A DNA stretch of 64,000 bases from Acidobacteriota bacterium. Lineage in GTDB: Bacteria > Acidobacteriota > UBA6911 > RPQK01 > JAJDTT01. Below, one piece after another: positions 29,512 to 39,757 of this stretch. The notes below the pieces were generated by a model, which was not told the origin of the DNA, did no database searches, and saw nothing but the letters and a program-made list of their open reading frames with translations. Position numbers and translations under genes: made by a program. Location of the stretch: the NCBI GenBank assembly GCA_965217775.1, contig CBDCJH010000002.1, forward strand, positions 1,504,001 through 1,568,000. The letters are read 5' to 3'. The first letter of the stretch is position 1; each line of letters begins with the position of its first letter.

Positions 29512-30303
29512 TCAGTGCCCGGCAATGACGTCCTGAAGCTGCTTGCCCTTTTCCTTCCAGAACGAGTAGAGGATCCCCAGGTCGCCGCCGAGAATGAAAT
29601 GGCGCACGCCCATGTCCAGGTAGGGACGGGCGTCCTCGGGTGAATGGATTCCCACCTTCGGATGAACCCCCATCTTCAGGGAGGTTCGGATCACCCGGTT
29701 CCGGGCCGCGGTGATCTCGGGGTCGTCCCACTGGCCCGGCTTGCCGATGTTCAAGGAGAAATCGGCAGCGCCGAACTGGACCATGTCGATTCCCCCCACG
29801 TCCAGGATCGCCTCCAGGTTGTCCACGGCGGACTTCTTCTCGATCATGAGGGCCACGACCGAGTTCTCCAGAATGTTCACGTAGGTGTCCGGACCGTCCA
29901 GGAAGTACCGGGCCACGCGCCGGTCTCCATAGCCCTGATGCCCCACCGATCCCGGGGTCTCGGGTTTCATGGCGGCGACGCATTGCCGGGCTTCCTCGGG
30001 AGTGCGGACGTCGGCGAAGAGGACGTTCTGGATGCCGGCCCCGATCGCCCGGGCGGCCATGAAGGTCCTGGGCTCCTGGTCGATCTTGATCATGGCGGAC
30101 AGATGGGGGAACAGCTCCGTGACGCGGGCGAAGTGGTCCATCCAATGCAGGTCGTAGGGGACGTACTCGGCCTCGAATTCGACGTAGTCGAAGGTTCCGG
30201 CGTGTCCCAGCATCTCCACCACGTCGGGTGAAGAGGTGTAGATGTTGGTGGACACCGTGGTCTCACCGGCGTCGAGCTTCTGGCGCAGTCGGTTGGGTTT
30301 CAT
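29512..30303 (-). CDS. HpcH/HpaI aldolase family protein
   Basis: MKPNRLRQKL, FDYVEFEAEY, LMIEKKSAVDNLEAIL, QFGAADFS. Confidence 0.85.
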   Translation of the reverse strand: MKPNRLRQKLDAGETTVSTNIYTSSPDVVEMLGHAGTFDYVEFEAEYVPYDLHWMDHFARVTELFPHLSAMIKIDQEPRTFMAARAIGAGIQNVLFADVRTPEEARQCVAAMKPETPGSVGHQGYGDRRVARYFLDGPDTYVNILENSVVALMIEKKSAVDNLEAILDVGGIDMVQFGAADFSLNIGKPGQWDDPEITAARNRVIRTSLKMGVHPKVGIHSPEDARPYLDMGVRHFILGGDLGILYSFWKEKGKQLQDVIAGH

Positions 30304-30388
30304 TCTGTCTCCTTTTCTGGCGGCAAGGATGACAGAACAATCTGTCATTATGGTTCCCGCTCTCCGACAGACTGGACAGGAACAGACC

Positions 30389-31441
30389 ATGCCTTCCGCA
30401 CCTCTCCGTGGCCGCGGCGCCGCCGAGAATCCGGCCAATCGTTTCGAGTCGATCCACTACGTTCCCGACCCGGAAGGCGAAGAGACTCACCCGGATACCC
30501 GTCTCTACAGGGACACCAGCCGGACCATCCTGGCCCGGAACCAGAGCCCGGACGTCGGTTTCGAATTCAGCATCAACCCCTACCGGGGCTGCGAGCATGG
30601 CTGCAGCTACTGTTACGCCCGCCCCTACCACGAATATCTGGGGCTCTCGGCGGGACTGGATTTCGAGACCCGGATCCTGGTCAAGGAGGACGCCCCCCAG
30701 TTGCTGCGGCAGGAACTCCTGTCCCCCAAATGGGAACCGCAGACTATCGCCATCAGCGGCGTCACCGACGCCTATCAGCCCGCGGAACGCCGGTTGGGCA
30801 TCACCCGGGCCTGTCTGGAGGTCCTGGTGGAGTTCGCCAATCCTGCGGCCGTCGTCACCAAGAACTACCTGGTGACCCGGGATGCCGACCTGCTCTCGGA
30901 ACTGGCGGAAAAGGACGCGGCTTCGGTGAATCTCTCCATCACCACGCTGGATCCCAAGCTTCAGAGATCGATGGAGCCTCGGGCCTCCACCCCGTCGGCA
31001 CGGTTGGCGGCCGTTCGAGAACTCTCCGAGCAGGGAATTCCGGTCCGGGTGATGGTGGGTCCCGTCATCCCCGGTCTCACCGACCATGAGATTCCCTCGA
31101 TTCTGAAGGCGGCCTCCGAGGCGGGGGCCATCGCGGCCGCCTACATCCTGCTGCGGCTCCCATACGGCGTGAAGGAAATCTTCGAGGCCTGGCTGGAACG
31201 CTGCTACCCGGAAAGGAAGCAGCGGGTCCTGAACCGGGTCCGGGAAACACGGGGCGGAAGTCTCTACTCCTCCGAGTTTCACGAGCGCATGAAGGGCACC
31301 GGCGTCTACGCCCGCCAGATCGGCGAGCTGTTTCAGGTCAGTTGCCGCCGCCTGGGGCTGAACCGTCAGTCCATGGCCCTTTCGGCCGCCGCCTTTCGCC
31401 GCCCTGGAGAGAAGCGGCAGTTGGACCTGTTTGCCGGTTAG
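30389..31441 (+). CDS. Radical SAM protein, PA0069 / SplB-like family
   Basis: RGRGAAENPANRF, SINPYRGCEHGCSYCYARP, SGVTDAYQP. Confidence 0.92.
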   Translation: MPSAPLRGRGAAENPANRFESIHYVPDPEGEETHPDTRLYRDTSRTILARNQSPDVGFEFSINPYRGCEHGCSYCYARPYHEYLGLSAGLDFETRILVKEDAPQLLRQELLSPKWEPQTIAISGVTDAYQPAERRLGITRACLEVLVEFANPAAVVTKNYLVTRDADLLSELAEKDAASVNLSITTLDPKLQRSMEPRASTPSARLAAVRELSEQGIPVRVMVGPVIPGLTDHEIPSILKAASEAGAIAAAYILLRLPYGVKEIFEAWLERCYPERKQRVLNRVRETRGGSLYSSEFHERMKGTGVYARQIGELFQVSCRRLGLNRQSMALSAAAFRRPGEKRQLDLFAG

Positions 31442-31599
31442 AAAAAGTCGGACAGTGTGACAAAATAGTCGGTCAGAGAATGGGGCGAGCAGATTTCCTG
31501 GTGTTACTCGCGGGTAAATCGACGCAAACCACCGAATGAGGCTTGGTCAGTCCCGCGCTGATCCGCCACTGCCGTGACCAGAAACGAACGTCACGAGCA

Positions 31600-31869
31600 T
31601 CAATCGGGGTCCTTCGCCACTTTGCGGCGACTGCGTGTTTCTCTCTTCGCACGGATAAACTCCGCGACATCCATGGTTGTTCGAGCGGCGCCATGATGGA
31701 CCAGGAGGCCTTTCTTGCGTATCAGCGACGGCGCGCCGCCGACCTTACGTAACGTCAGGCCCTCCGCAGTCGCTTCAATCTCCAACTCTGTCCCAGCCAC
31801 CAGATCCAAGTGATCGCGGAGCGGTTTCGGCACCACCACTCTCCCGTTCCGGTCAATAGTAGTAATCAC
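31600..31869 (-). CDS. AbrB/MazE/SpoVT-family DNA-binding protein (antitoxin-like), no toxin gene seen
   Basis: TTIDRNGRVVVPKPLRDHLDLVAGTELEI signature. Confidence 0.8.
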   Translation of the reverse strand: MITTIDRNGRVVVPKPLRDHLDLVAGTELEIEATAEGLTLRKVGGAPSLIRKKGLLVHHGAARTTMDVAEFIRAKRETRSRRKVAKDPD

Positions 31870-32143
31870 GGCATCATGGTGTGAATAATGGCGCTCCTCG
31901 TCAAGGTGTCCCGGAAAGGAAGCGGCCGGCTCCGTCGGGGAAACGCCGGTGACCCCCGGGAATGACGAGTTCTCCCAAAGGTCGGCTCAATCCAGGGAGA
32001 ACCCGGGGTTGTCCGGGAGCGGGGGCTTTCTTGCTGCAAAACTCCTAACCTGGCATAGGCGGAACCAAAATTTCTGCGCCGGAGCGGCAGCTTTCCAGGC
32101 GCCGACTTTTCATCTGGCCCCATCGTGCTCCGCTTTGGACCGA

Positions 32144-32262
32144 AGAGGGCGCCCACAAGGGGCGCCCCTACCGAATATCTTCGTCTATTTGCACAAGAAT
32201 TCTAGATTAAGGAACAAGAAAGGGCGGAGGAAGAATGGGGGACAAGAATGTCCCCCCTCCTA
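32144..32262. repeat. REP-like family C (GTAGGGGCGCCCCTTGTGGGCGCCCTCT) next to a family-B copy (GGAGGGGGGACATTCTTGTCCCCC)
   Basis: Family C also at 35022, 35131(-), 42653 and degenerate at 58459. Family B also at about 7421, 9004, 13161, 14629, 43049, 44547. Confidence 0.8.
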
Positions 32263-32322
32263 CCGCTCATAGTAGACTGGGCGCCGCCGATACCGGCTGA
32301 TTCAAAATTTGGGAGTACCAGC

Positions 32323-33378
32323 ATGAGCAAAAAGCACACCCTCCTCACCGCGTTGATCGGGCTCTTCGCGGCGGCCGTCATGGTCGCCGCCGTCATGCCG
32401 CCCTCATCACACGCCAAGAAGTGGCAGGCGGGGAAGGGGTGGGGTTGGGTCTGGGGCAAGGACGACGAGGTGGGGGCGCTCAATGAAATGACTGATGCCT
32501 CCCGGCTCGCCGCCCTGAAAATGGTCAGGGAGGGCAGGGTCTTCGATCTGGGACTGAGCTACGACCGGACATCCTACAAGTGGCCCGGCCACAGTCCGGG
32601 GGAGATCATCATGTTCCGGTCTCCCGACGGCGTGAAGAGCCAGAAGGACATTCCGGGGGTGATCCAGGACAACCCGTCGTTGACCGCGTGGCACAGTTGC
32701 GCGCTCTTCATCAACGACAACGTGGCGACCCAGATCGACGGGCTCGGCCACGCCACCCAGGGGAAGGACAACCACTGGTACAACGGCTTCAAGGAGTCGG
32801 ACTCGGCGGGCGACTGGGGGATCCGCAAATGCGATGCCACCACCATTCCTCCCATCGTGGCCCGCGGGGTCATGATCGACGTCGCCGCCTACAAGGGTGT
32901 GAAGGCGTTGCCCTCCAACTATGAGATCACTCCGGCGGACCTTCAGGGTGCGCTCAAGAAGCAGGGAACCACTATCCGGTTCGGAGACGTGGTTCTGGTC
33001 CGGACCGGGACGACCCAATTCTGGGGGACGGCCGGGTCGGATCACGAAACCATCGACCGGCACGACTCGGCCGGCATCAATCTGGACTCGGCCCGCTGGC
33101 TGGTGGAGGAGAAGGGAGCCATGATGGTCGGCGGGGACACCAGCGGCGTGGAATACAAGCCCACGGCGGCGGACAACAAGGCCTACCGCGATAAATATGG
33201 CTCATTCATGCCGGTCCACAACTACCTGCTCATCGAACAGGGAGTCCACATCGCGGAGTTTCACGTCTTGGAGGAGCTCTCTCGCAACCGCGTCTACGAG
33301 TTCACCTATGTCTGCACCGTGAACAAGATCCGGGGCACCGTGGCGGGGTTCGCCCTGCGCCCCATCGCCATCATCTGA
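32323..33378 (+). CDS. Secreted cyclase-family (kynurenine formamidase-like) protein
   Basis: WGKDDEVGALN, ATQIDGLGH, RGVMIDV, GDVVLVRTG, VGGDT, PVHNYLL, RPIAI; signal peptide. Confidence 0.85.
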   Translation: MSKKHTLLTALIGLFAAAVMVAAVMPPSSHAKKWQAGKGWGWVWGKDDEVGALNEMTDASRLAALKMVREGRVFDLGLSYDRTSYKWPGHSPGEIIMFRSPDGVKSQKDIPGVIQDNPSLTAWHSCALFINDNVATQIDGLGHATQGKDNHWYNGFKESDSAGDWGIRKCDATTIPPIVARGVMIDVAAYKGVKALPSNYEITPADLQGALKKQGTTIRFGDVVLVRTGTTQFWGTAGSDHETIDRHDSAGINLDSARWLVEEKGAMMVGGDTSGVEYKPTAADNKAYRDKYGSFMPVHNYLLIEQGVHIAEFHVLEELSRNRVYEFTYVCTVNKIRGTVAGFALRPIAII

Positions 33379-33403
33379 GCCTTATCGGGACAAGGAGAAA
33401 GAA

Positions 33404-34981
33404 ATGAGACATCAAGCAACAACGTGGATCATCGGATGGGCTCTGATGCTGGCGGCCGGATCGGCCGCGTCGGGTGAGGGCGGGGGTGGGGGTCTCGCCG
33501 AAATCGGATCCCGGACTCAGCTTTTCGTGGACGACTACATGATTCAGCACCTGTCCCACGCCCGTCAGGTGCTCAATCCGGCCCAGAAGCACCCGAACAA
33601 TCCCCTCATCTCGGCCGACCGTCCGTGGGAGGGCCATTACCTCGGCCTCAGCCGCGTCTACTACAACGAGGAAGAGGGCGTGTTCAAGATGTGGTACCGG
33701 AGCAACAACGGTTTCAAGGTCAAGAAGGGCACCGCCATCACCGACTACAAGTGGACCGATAAGGGCGTGGTTCGCGAAAAGGTCTGGTCGGCGGAGAGCT
33801 ACGGCTTCGAAGGCAACTCCAACGGCGACGATTGGCTTCCCTGTTTCGCCACCTCACGGGACGGTGTGATCTGGGAGAAGCCCAGTCTCGGGAAGGTGGA
33901 ATTCAACGGCTCGACCCGCAACAACATCCTGCCCGAGGAGAGCCGGGTCCCCACCTTCCGGGACCCCAACGCCACCGATCCGAACAAGCGGTACGTCAAC
34001 CTCGGCACCCGTCGCGGCCCCTCCGGACAGCCGGGGTTCATGCTGGACCTGTACCACTCGCCCGACGGGTTCAACTGGACGCCCTACGAGAACAACCCGG
34101 TCCTGGACACCTCTCCGGTGCCGGGACGTTGGGGACCCACCGTGTTCATGGGATGGGATCCCATCCGCAAGGTGTACGCCGCCCACATCGAGAGCTGCAT
34201 CCACCGCGCGTGTCCGCTGGGGAAACGGCTCATCGGCCGGGCCGAGAGTCCCGACCTGATCAATTGGGGCCGGGACCAATTGATCGTCCTGCCCGACGAG
34301 CTGGACCCGCCCGACACCGAGTTCTACGCCATGGCTTCGTTCGACTACGACGGGATCTACCTGTCCATCATCGAGATCTTCCGGACCACCAACACCTGGC
34401 ATTACCCCGAGCTGGCCATGAGCCGCGACGGACTCCACTACGAGCGCAACTACCGGGAACCCTTCATCCGGCTGGGAGACTTCGGGGACTTCGACGAATC
34501 CACCGTCTACGTCTTCCAGGCTCCCATCGTCCACAAGGACAAGGTCCTGGTTTACTACTACGGCGGGAACTGGCGCGGCGCCGATGTGTTGCACGAGAAG
34601 GGTGACAAGGGCATCTTCGCCATCGGTCTGGCCACCGTGCCCCGGGACGGTTTCGTCTCGGTGGACGCCGGCAAGCTCCATCCCGGACGCCTGGTGACCC
34701 GGCCCTTCAGCTTCCAGGGAGGCGGCCTCTACGTGACCATGGAGGCGGCAAAGCACAACTGGGGCTCCGGCGTTCCCGATCTTCGGGTGGAGATCCTGGA
34801 CTCGAACCAGCGTCCGATTCCGGGCTTCACCATGGAGGACTCCGATCCGGTCCGGACCAGCGGCCGTCACCGCATGAGCTGGCAGGGAAGGAAAGACGTG
34901 GGAGGACTGGAGGGCACGGCCGTCCAGCTCAGGTTCCACTTCAAGAACACCAAGCTCTTCTCGTTCCAGTTCCAGCCCTAG
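33404..34981 (+). CDS. Secreted glycoside-hydrolase-like beta-propeller protein
   Basis: Signal peptide; QLFVDD, KHPNNPL, SRDGVIWEKP, SPDGFNW, RDGFVS, VQLRFHFKNTKLFSFQF. Confidence 0.75.
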   Translation: MRHQATTWIIGWALMLAAGSAASGEGGGGGLAEIGSRTQLFVDDYMIQHLSHARQVLNPAQKHPNNPLISADRPWEGHYLGLSRVYYNEEEGVFKMWYRSNNGFKVKKGTAITDYKWTDKGVVREKVWSAESYGFEGNSNGDDWLPCFATSRDGVIWEKPSLGKVEFNGSTRNNILPEESRVPTFRDPNATDPNKRYVNLGTRRGPSGQPGFMLDLYHSPDGFNWTPYENNPVLDTSPVPGRWGPTVFMGWDPIRKVYAAHIESCIHRACPLGKRLIGRAESPDLINWGRDQLIVLPDELDPPDTEFYAMASFDYDGIYLSIIEIFRTTNTWHYPELAMSRDGLHYERNYREPFIRLGDFGDFDESTVYVFQAPIVHKDKVLVYYYGGNWRGADVLHEKGDKGIFAIGLATVPRDGFVSVDAGKLHPGRLVTRPFSFQGGGLYVTMEAAKHNWGSGVPDLRVEILDSNQRPIPGFTMEDSDPVRTSGRHRMSWQGRKDVGGLEGTAVQLRFHFKNTKLFSFQFQP

Positions 34982-35021
34982 GAGCGGCGACCTTCTAGTC
35001 GCCGACGCCGGGCGGTTTTTC

Positions 35022-35158
35022 GTAGGGGCGACCCTTGTGGTCGCCCGCCGCAAGCCGGCAAAGCTGCTCCGCCGGTGGTTCCTGGGTTCCTGGCAAAGGG
35101 CTTGGTAGCGGTTTCGCCTGCAGCGACGAAAGAGGGCGCCCACAAGGGGCGCCCCTAC
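35022..35158. repeat. Inverted doublet of GTAG-type REPs (REPIN-like)
   Basis: GTAGGGGCGACCCTTGTGGTCGCCC at 35022 and the reverse-oriented ...GGGCGCCCACAAGGGGCGCCCCTAC ending at 35158; a further palindrome GGAGCGGCGA...TCGCCG at 34981. Confidence 0.7.
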
Positions 35159-35192
35159 GGGTTTCTCTGACTCGGATGGCACGAACGGACGC

Positions 35193-38100
35193 ATGGCAAA
35201 GGATGCAAAGGCCGGTCTCAAGTTCCTGCTGATCGCCCAGTTCTTCGGAGCTTTCAACGACAACGCCTGGAAACTGATCGTCACCTTCCTGGCGATCAAG
35301 GCTTCGACGGCACACCTGACACCGGGAGGACCCGAGTACCAGTCCGCGGCGCAACTCCAGACCGCCATCGCCTTCTGCGTTCTGACCATTCCACTCATGG
35401 TCTTCTCGCTCCCGGCAGGCCTCGTGGCCGACCGGGTCAGCAAGAGGACCGTCATTATTGCCATGAAGCTGGCAGAGGTCCTGCTCATGGCAGCAGCCGC
35501 ACTCTCGCTCTACGCGGCGCCCGGCTCGACGCTGGCTCCGCTGCTGATTCTCGGGTTCATGGGCCTTCAGAGCGCCCTTTTCAGCCCCGCCAAGTACGGA
35601 ATCCTCCCCGAGATGTTGCCCCATGAGCGGCTCACCGCCGGGAACGCCCACCTGGAAACCTGGACCTTTCTGGCCATCATCCTGGGCACGGCCTCCGGCG
35701 GCCTGCTGCTGGATCTGTCGAGAGAGGCGGCCTGGCTTGCGGCGGCGGTCCTGGTTCCGGCGGCGGTGGTGGGGCTCCTCATCTCCTTGCGGCTTCCCGC
35801 GGTGCCGGCGGCCCGTTCCGAAGGAGACCTGGGAGAAACCATCCGCACGGCATGGCGAGCCATCCGTCAAGAGCGCGTTCTGGGACTGGCCGTAGCCGGG
35901 TCGGTCGTCTACTGGACCATCGCGAGTCTTCTGGGACAGGACATCCTGGTCTACGTCAAGTCGGTGTTGGGGCTTTCCGACACTCATGCGGGGGTCCCTC
36001 TGGCCCTGTTCGGGCTGGGAGTGGGCGGGGGCAGCTTGATCACCGCCCGCCTTTCCCGGGGCAAGGTCGAATACGGCGTGATCCCACTGGGCGCCATCCT
36101 GATGGCAGGGAACTGCCTGCTGTTGGCATGGGTCGTTCCTGGGTTCTACGGCCTGCTGGCTTTTTCGGCCGCCCTGGGCGTGGCCAGCGGCATGATCATC
36201 GTGCCGCTGAACTCCCTGCTTCAATGGCGGGCTCCGGCCCAGCATCGGGGTGCCGTCATCGCGCTGGCCAACGTCTGGATCTTTGCAGGCATAACGGTGG
36301 GATCCCTGGGAGCGGCAGGCCTGGCCGCGCTGGGGCTCTCCCCGGTCTCCATCCTGCTGGTGGCGGCATTGGCGCTCTCGGCGGGAATGTTCTGGGCGGT
36401 CTCCCTGCTTCCCGACGTGCTGCTGCGTCTGCTGCTGGTCCTGGCCACGCACTCCCTGTATCGGCTCCGGGTCGTGGGCCGGGAACAGGTCCCGGAAAAG
36501 GGAGGGGCGCTCCTGGTCCCCAATCACGTCTCCTTCATCGATTTCGTCCTGCTGCTCGCCGTGATCGACCGTCCGATCCGATTTATCGTTCATCGAGAAT
36601 ACTATGAACGTTTCTACTTCAAGCCCTTTATGAAGTCGTTGGGGTGTATTCCCATCTCCTCCTCGGAGGGTCCTCGGGAGATTCTGAGAGCACTGCGGAA
36701 CGCCGGGAAACGGCTGGACCAGGGTGAGCTGGTCTGTATCTTTCCGGAGGGTCAGATCAGCCGAACCGGCACTCTGCTGCCCTTCAACCGGGGCCTGGAG
36801 CGGATCGTGAGGAAGCGGCAGGCACCCATCATTCCCGTCTACCTGGACCAACTCTGGGGGAGCATCTTCAGTTACGAGCGAAACCGGTTCGTCTTCAAGA
36901 TTCCGCGGGAGATCCCCTACCAGGTCACTCTGGCCTTCGGCGCCCCGTTGCCTTCGAAAACCAACGTGGGAACGATCCGCCAAGCTGTCCAGGAGCTGTC
37001 CTGTGCCGCGTGGAACCGCCGTCAGGAGGGTGTTCGTCCCTTGCACCGGGCCTTCGTGCGCAGGGCCAGGACGCGTCCGCTGGCTCTCGCCTATGCCGAG
37101 GAAAGCCGGCCGCGTCTGAACCGCATCAAGGCCCTGACCGGAGCCGTGGCCCTTGCCCGGGCGCTGAAATCGGAATGGGCCGGACAGGAGAGAGTCGGGA
37201 TACTACTGCCACCCACCGTCGCTGCGGCCCTGATGAATCTGGCCTCGGCCCTGGCCTGCAGGGTGACCGTCAACCTGAACTACACCGCAGGCTGGCGCGG
37301 GATGGAGTCGGCCGTGGAACAAGCGGGTCTCAAGACCGTCGTCACCAGCCGCACGTTTCTGCAGAAGGCGGACCTGACCCCTCCCGGAAACGTCCGGCTC
37401 ATCTATCTGGAGGAGCTGGCCGAAGGCATCGGCGCCGGACTTCGAACCTCCAGCCTGGCGGCGGCTCTTCTGCTTCCCTCCCGCTGGTTGGAAAAGCTGT
37501 GCGGAGCCACCCGGGTCCCCGGCCCTCAGGACCTCATGACCATCATCTTCAGCAGCGGAAGCACGGGCAATCCCAAGGGGGTGATGCTGACCCAGTTCAA
37601 CCTGGATTCCAACATCGCCGCCGTCGATCAGGTGCTCCGGACGCAACCGGCGGACCGGGTCCTGGGCATCCTGCCCTTCTTCCATTCCTTCGGCTACATG
37701 GTCTTCTGGTTCGCGGCCAAGAAGGGGTTGGCTCTGCCCCTGCATCCCAATCCGCGGGACGGTCCGGCGGTCGGCCGGCTGGTGGAGCGCTACCGGGTGA
37801 GCATCATGCCGGCCACGCCGACCTTCCTTCGGACCTACATGCGTTTGTGCTCTCCAGGCCAACTCGGATCGGTGCGGTTGTTGTTGACCGGCGCGGAGAA
37901 GCTGCCGGAAAAGCTGGCAGCGGCCTTCCAGGAGCAATTCGGCCTGCGGCCGTTGGAGGGTTACGGGACCACAGAATGCGCGCCCGTAGTATCCGTGGGC
38001 GTCCCCGACTACCGGGCTCCCGGATTCTTCCAGGCCGGCTCGCGGCCGGGTCACGTGGGCCAGCCCCTGCCGGGCGTGGCGGTGCGGGTGGTGGACCCCG

Positions 38101-38300
38101 ACAGTTTCGAGCCCGTGCCGGTAGGGACTCCCGGCATGTTGCTGGTCAAGGGACCCAGCGTGATGCGGGGCTATCTGAGCCGCGACGACCTGACCCGGAA
38201 GGCGATCCGGGACGGCTGGTACGTGACCGGAGACATCGGCCTGATGAGCGAGGACGGTTTCGTGAAGATCACCGATCGGCACTCCCGGTTCAAGAGATGA
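35193..38300 (+). CDS. aas: MFS (LplT) - acyltransferase - acyl-ACP synthetase fusion (Aas-like), apparently C-terminally truncated
   Basis: AQFFGAFNDN and FSPAKYGILPE (LplT); NHVSFID and FPEG (PlsC); FSSGSTGNPKG, EGYGTTE, WYVTGDI (ANL). Stops at TDRHSRFKR. Confidence 0.85.
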   Translation: MAKDAKAGLKFLLIAQFFGAFNDNAWKLIVTFLAIKASTAHLTPGGPEYQSAAQLQTAIAFCVLTIPLMVFSLPAGLVADRVSKRTVIIAMKLAEVLLMAAAALSLYAAPGSTLAPLLILGFMGLQSALFSPAKYGILPEMLPHERLTAGNAHLETWTFLAIILGTASGGLLLDLSREAAWLAAAVLVPAAVVGLLISLRLPAVPAARSEGDLGETIRTAWRAIRQERVLGLAVAGSVVYWTIASLLGQDILVYVKSVLGLSDTHAGVPLALFGLGVGGGSLITARLSRGKVEYGVIPLGAILMAGNCLLLAWVVPGFYGLLAFSAALGVASGMIIVPLNSLLQWRAPAQHRGAVIALANVWIFAGITVGSLGAAGLAALGLSPVSILLVAALALSAGMFWAVSLLPDVLLRLLLVLATHSLYRLRVVGREQVPEKGGALLVPNHVSFIDFVLLLAVIDRPIRFIVHREYYERFYFKPFMKSLGCIPISSSEGPREILRALRNAGKRLDQGELVCIFPEGQISRTGTLLPFNRGLERIVRKRQAPIIPVYLDQLWGSIFSYERNRFVFKIPREIPYQVTLAFGAPLPSKTNVGTIRQAVQELSCAAWNRRQEGVRPLHRAFVRRARTRPLALAYAEESRPRLNRIKALTGAVALARALKSEWAGQERVGILLPPTVAAALMNLASALACRVTVNLNYTAGWRGMESAVEQAGLKTVVTSRTFLQKADLTPPGNVRLIYLEELAEGIGAGLRTSSLAAALLLPSRWLEKLCGATRVPGPQDLMTIIFSSGSTGNPKGVMLTQFNLDSNIAAVDQVLRTQPADRVLGILPFFHSFGYMVFWFAAKKGLALPLHPNPRDGPAVGRLVERYRVSIMPATPTFLRTYMRLCSPGQLGSVRLLLTGAEKLPEKLAAAFQEQFGLRPLEGYGTTECAPVVSVGVPDYRAPGFFQAGSRPGHVGQPLPGVAVRVVDPDSFEPVPVGTPGMLLVKGPSVMRGYLSRDDLTRKAIRDGWYVTGDIGLMSEDGFVKITDRHSRFKR

Positions 38301-39603
38301 AGACGTAACGGGCGATGAAGACGACCGCCAGGACGTCGACCAGCCAATGCACTTCGTGGCCCTTCCCGCTCAGCCGCTTGATGATGGGATAGGAGATGAA
38401 ACCCAGAGCCAACCCGTCGGCGATGCTGAAGGTCAGCGGGATGGCGATCAGGGTGAGGAAGGCCGGCACCGCCTCCGAGACGTCGCTCCATCGGATCCGC
38501 GCGGCAGCGCCCATCATCAACACGCCTGTCACCACCAGCGCCGGGGCAGCGGCGAACGTGGGCACCGACTGAACCAACGGCGTCAGGAACAACGCGGCGG
38601 CGAACAGACCACTGACCACCACGCTGGAGAAACCGGTCCGGGCGCCGGAAGAGATGCCGGCGGCGCTCTCGATATAGGTGGTCACGGTCGAAGTGCCGAT
38701 GACGCTGCCGCAGACGGTTCCCACCGAGTCGGAAAGAAGCGCGCGGTTGGCCCGGGGCAGGCGTCCCCGCTCGTCCAGAAAACCGGATCGTTCCGACAAT
38801 CCCAATAGCGTCCCCATAGTGTCGAAGAGGTCGACGAAGAGCAGGGCAAGGATGATTTCGATGAAGGCCACGTTCAGGGTCTGGGGCAGGTGGCGAACCG
38901 CTTCACCGAAGAGATGAACGGGCCAGACCGGCATGCTGACCAAACCCGTGGGCCACGGCGTTGCGCCGAAGATCATGGCCAGCAGGGTCACGCCCATCAT
39001 GCCCAGCAGAATCGCGCCCCGTATTCCGCGCGCCATCATCACGCCGATCCCCAGCAGCCCCAACAGGGCCAGCCCGACGGACCAGGAACGCACGTCGCCC
39101 AGGCTGACCAGGGTGGCCGGATTGTCGACGATGAGGCCCGCGTTCTTCAGCCCGATGAAGGCAATAAAGAGACCGATTCCGGCCGCAACGGCTCGCTTCA
39201 GCGGGTCCGGTACCGCGTTGATGATCGCTTCGCGGACTCGCAAGACGGTCAACAGCAGAAACAGCAGACCCGACGCCAAGACCACGCCCAAGGCGAGTTT
39301 CCAGTCCACGCCCATGCCCAGGACGATGGAGTAGGCGAAAAATGCGTTGAGGCCCATTCCGGGCGCCAGGGCGAAGGGATAGTTGGCCAGGAGGCCCATC
39401 AGGAGCGTGGCGAGGGCGGCCGCCGCACAGGTGGCGAACAACAACTCGCCGAGCAGCTCCTTTCCCAGGGCGTCGGACAGGATGGCGGGATTCACGACGA
39501 CGATATAGGCCATGGTCATGAAGGTGGTCGCGCCGCCGGTGGCCTCGATCCGCCAGTTCGTGTTCTCCTCTTCGAATTTGAAGAATTCGGCTATCTTTTT
39601 CAT
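38290..39603 (-). CDS. NCS2/AzgA-family nucleobase (guanine/hypoxanthine) permease
   Basis: TTFMTMAYIVVVNPAIL, ALAPGMGLNAFF, DLFDTMGTL, TVTTYIESAAG. Confidence 0.92.
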   Translation of the reverse strand: MKKIAEFFKFEEENTNWRIEATGGATTFMTMAYIVVVNPAILSDALGKELLGELLFATCAAAALATLLMGLLANYPFALAPGMGLNAFFAYSIVLGMGVDWKLALGVVLASGLLFLLLTVLRVREAIINAVPDPLKRAVAAGIGLFIAFIGLKNAGLIVDNPATLVSLGDVRSWSVGLALLGLLGIGVMMARGIRGAILLGMMGVTLLAMIFGATPWPTGLVSMPVWPVHLFGEAVRHLPQTLNVAFIEIILALLFVDLFDTMGTLLGLSERSGFLDERGRLPRANRALLSDSVGTVCGSVIGTSTVTTYIESAAGISSGARTGFSSVVVSGLFAAALFLTPLVQSVPTFAAAPALVVTGVLMMGAAARIRWSDVSEAVPAFLTLIAIPLTFSIADGLALGFISYPIIKRLSGKGHEVHWLVDVLAVVFIARYVFIS

Positions 39604-39757
39604 TGGAGTGTTGTCTTAGATATTACAGGATATATATCTATGAAATAAGAGATATTTGATGGGATTACACCAGAATTTCCAAACTGGAGGGAGGGTTTTC
39701 CAAATTCTGTTATTTGAAAAGGGGAAGAAGAAGGGGACTGCAAGTCCCCTCTCCCGG

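Noticed and set aside
39604-39722. Purine riboswitch upstream of the NCS2 permease
   Set aside because: The conserved aptamer core (AUAUGG, GUUUCUAC, CCGUAAA) is not recognisable.
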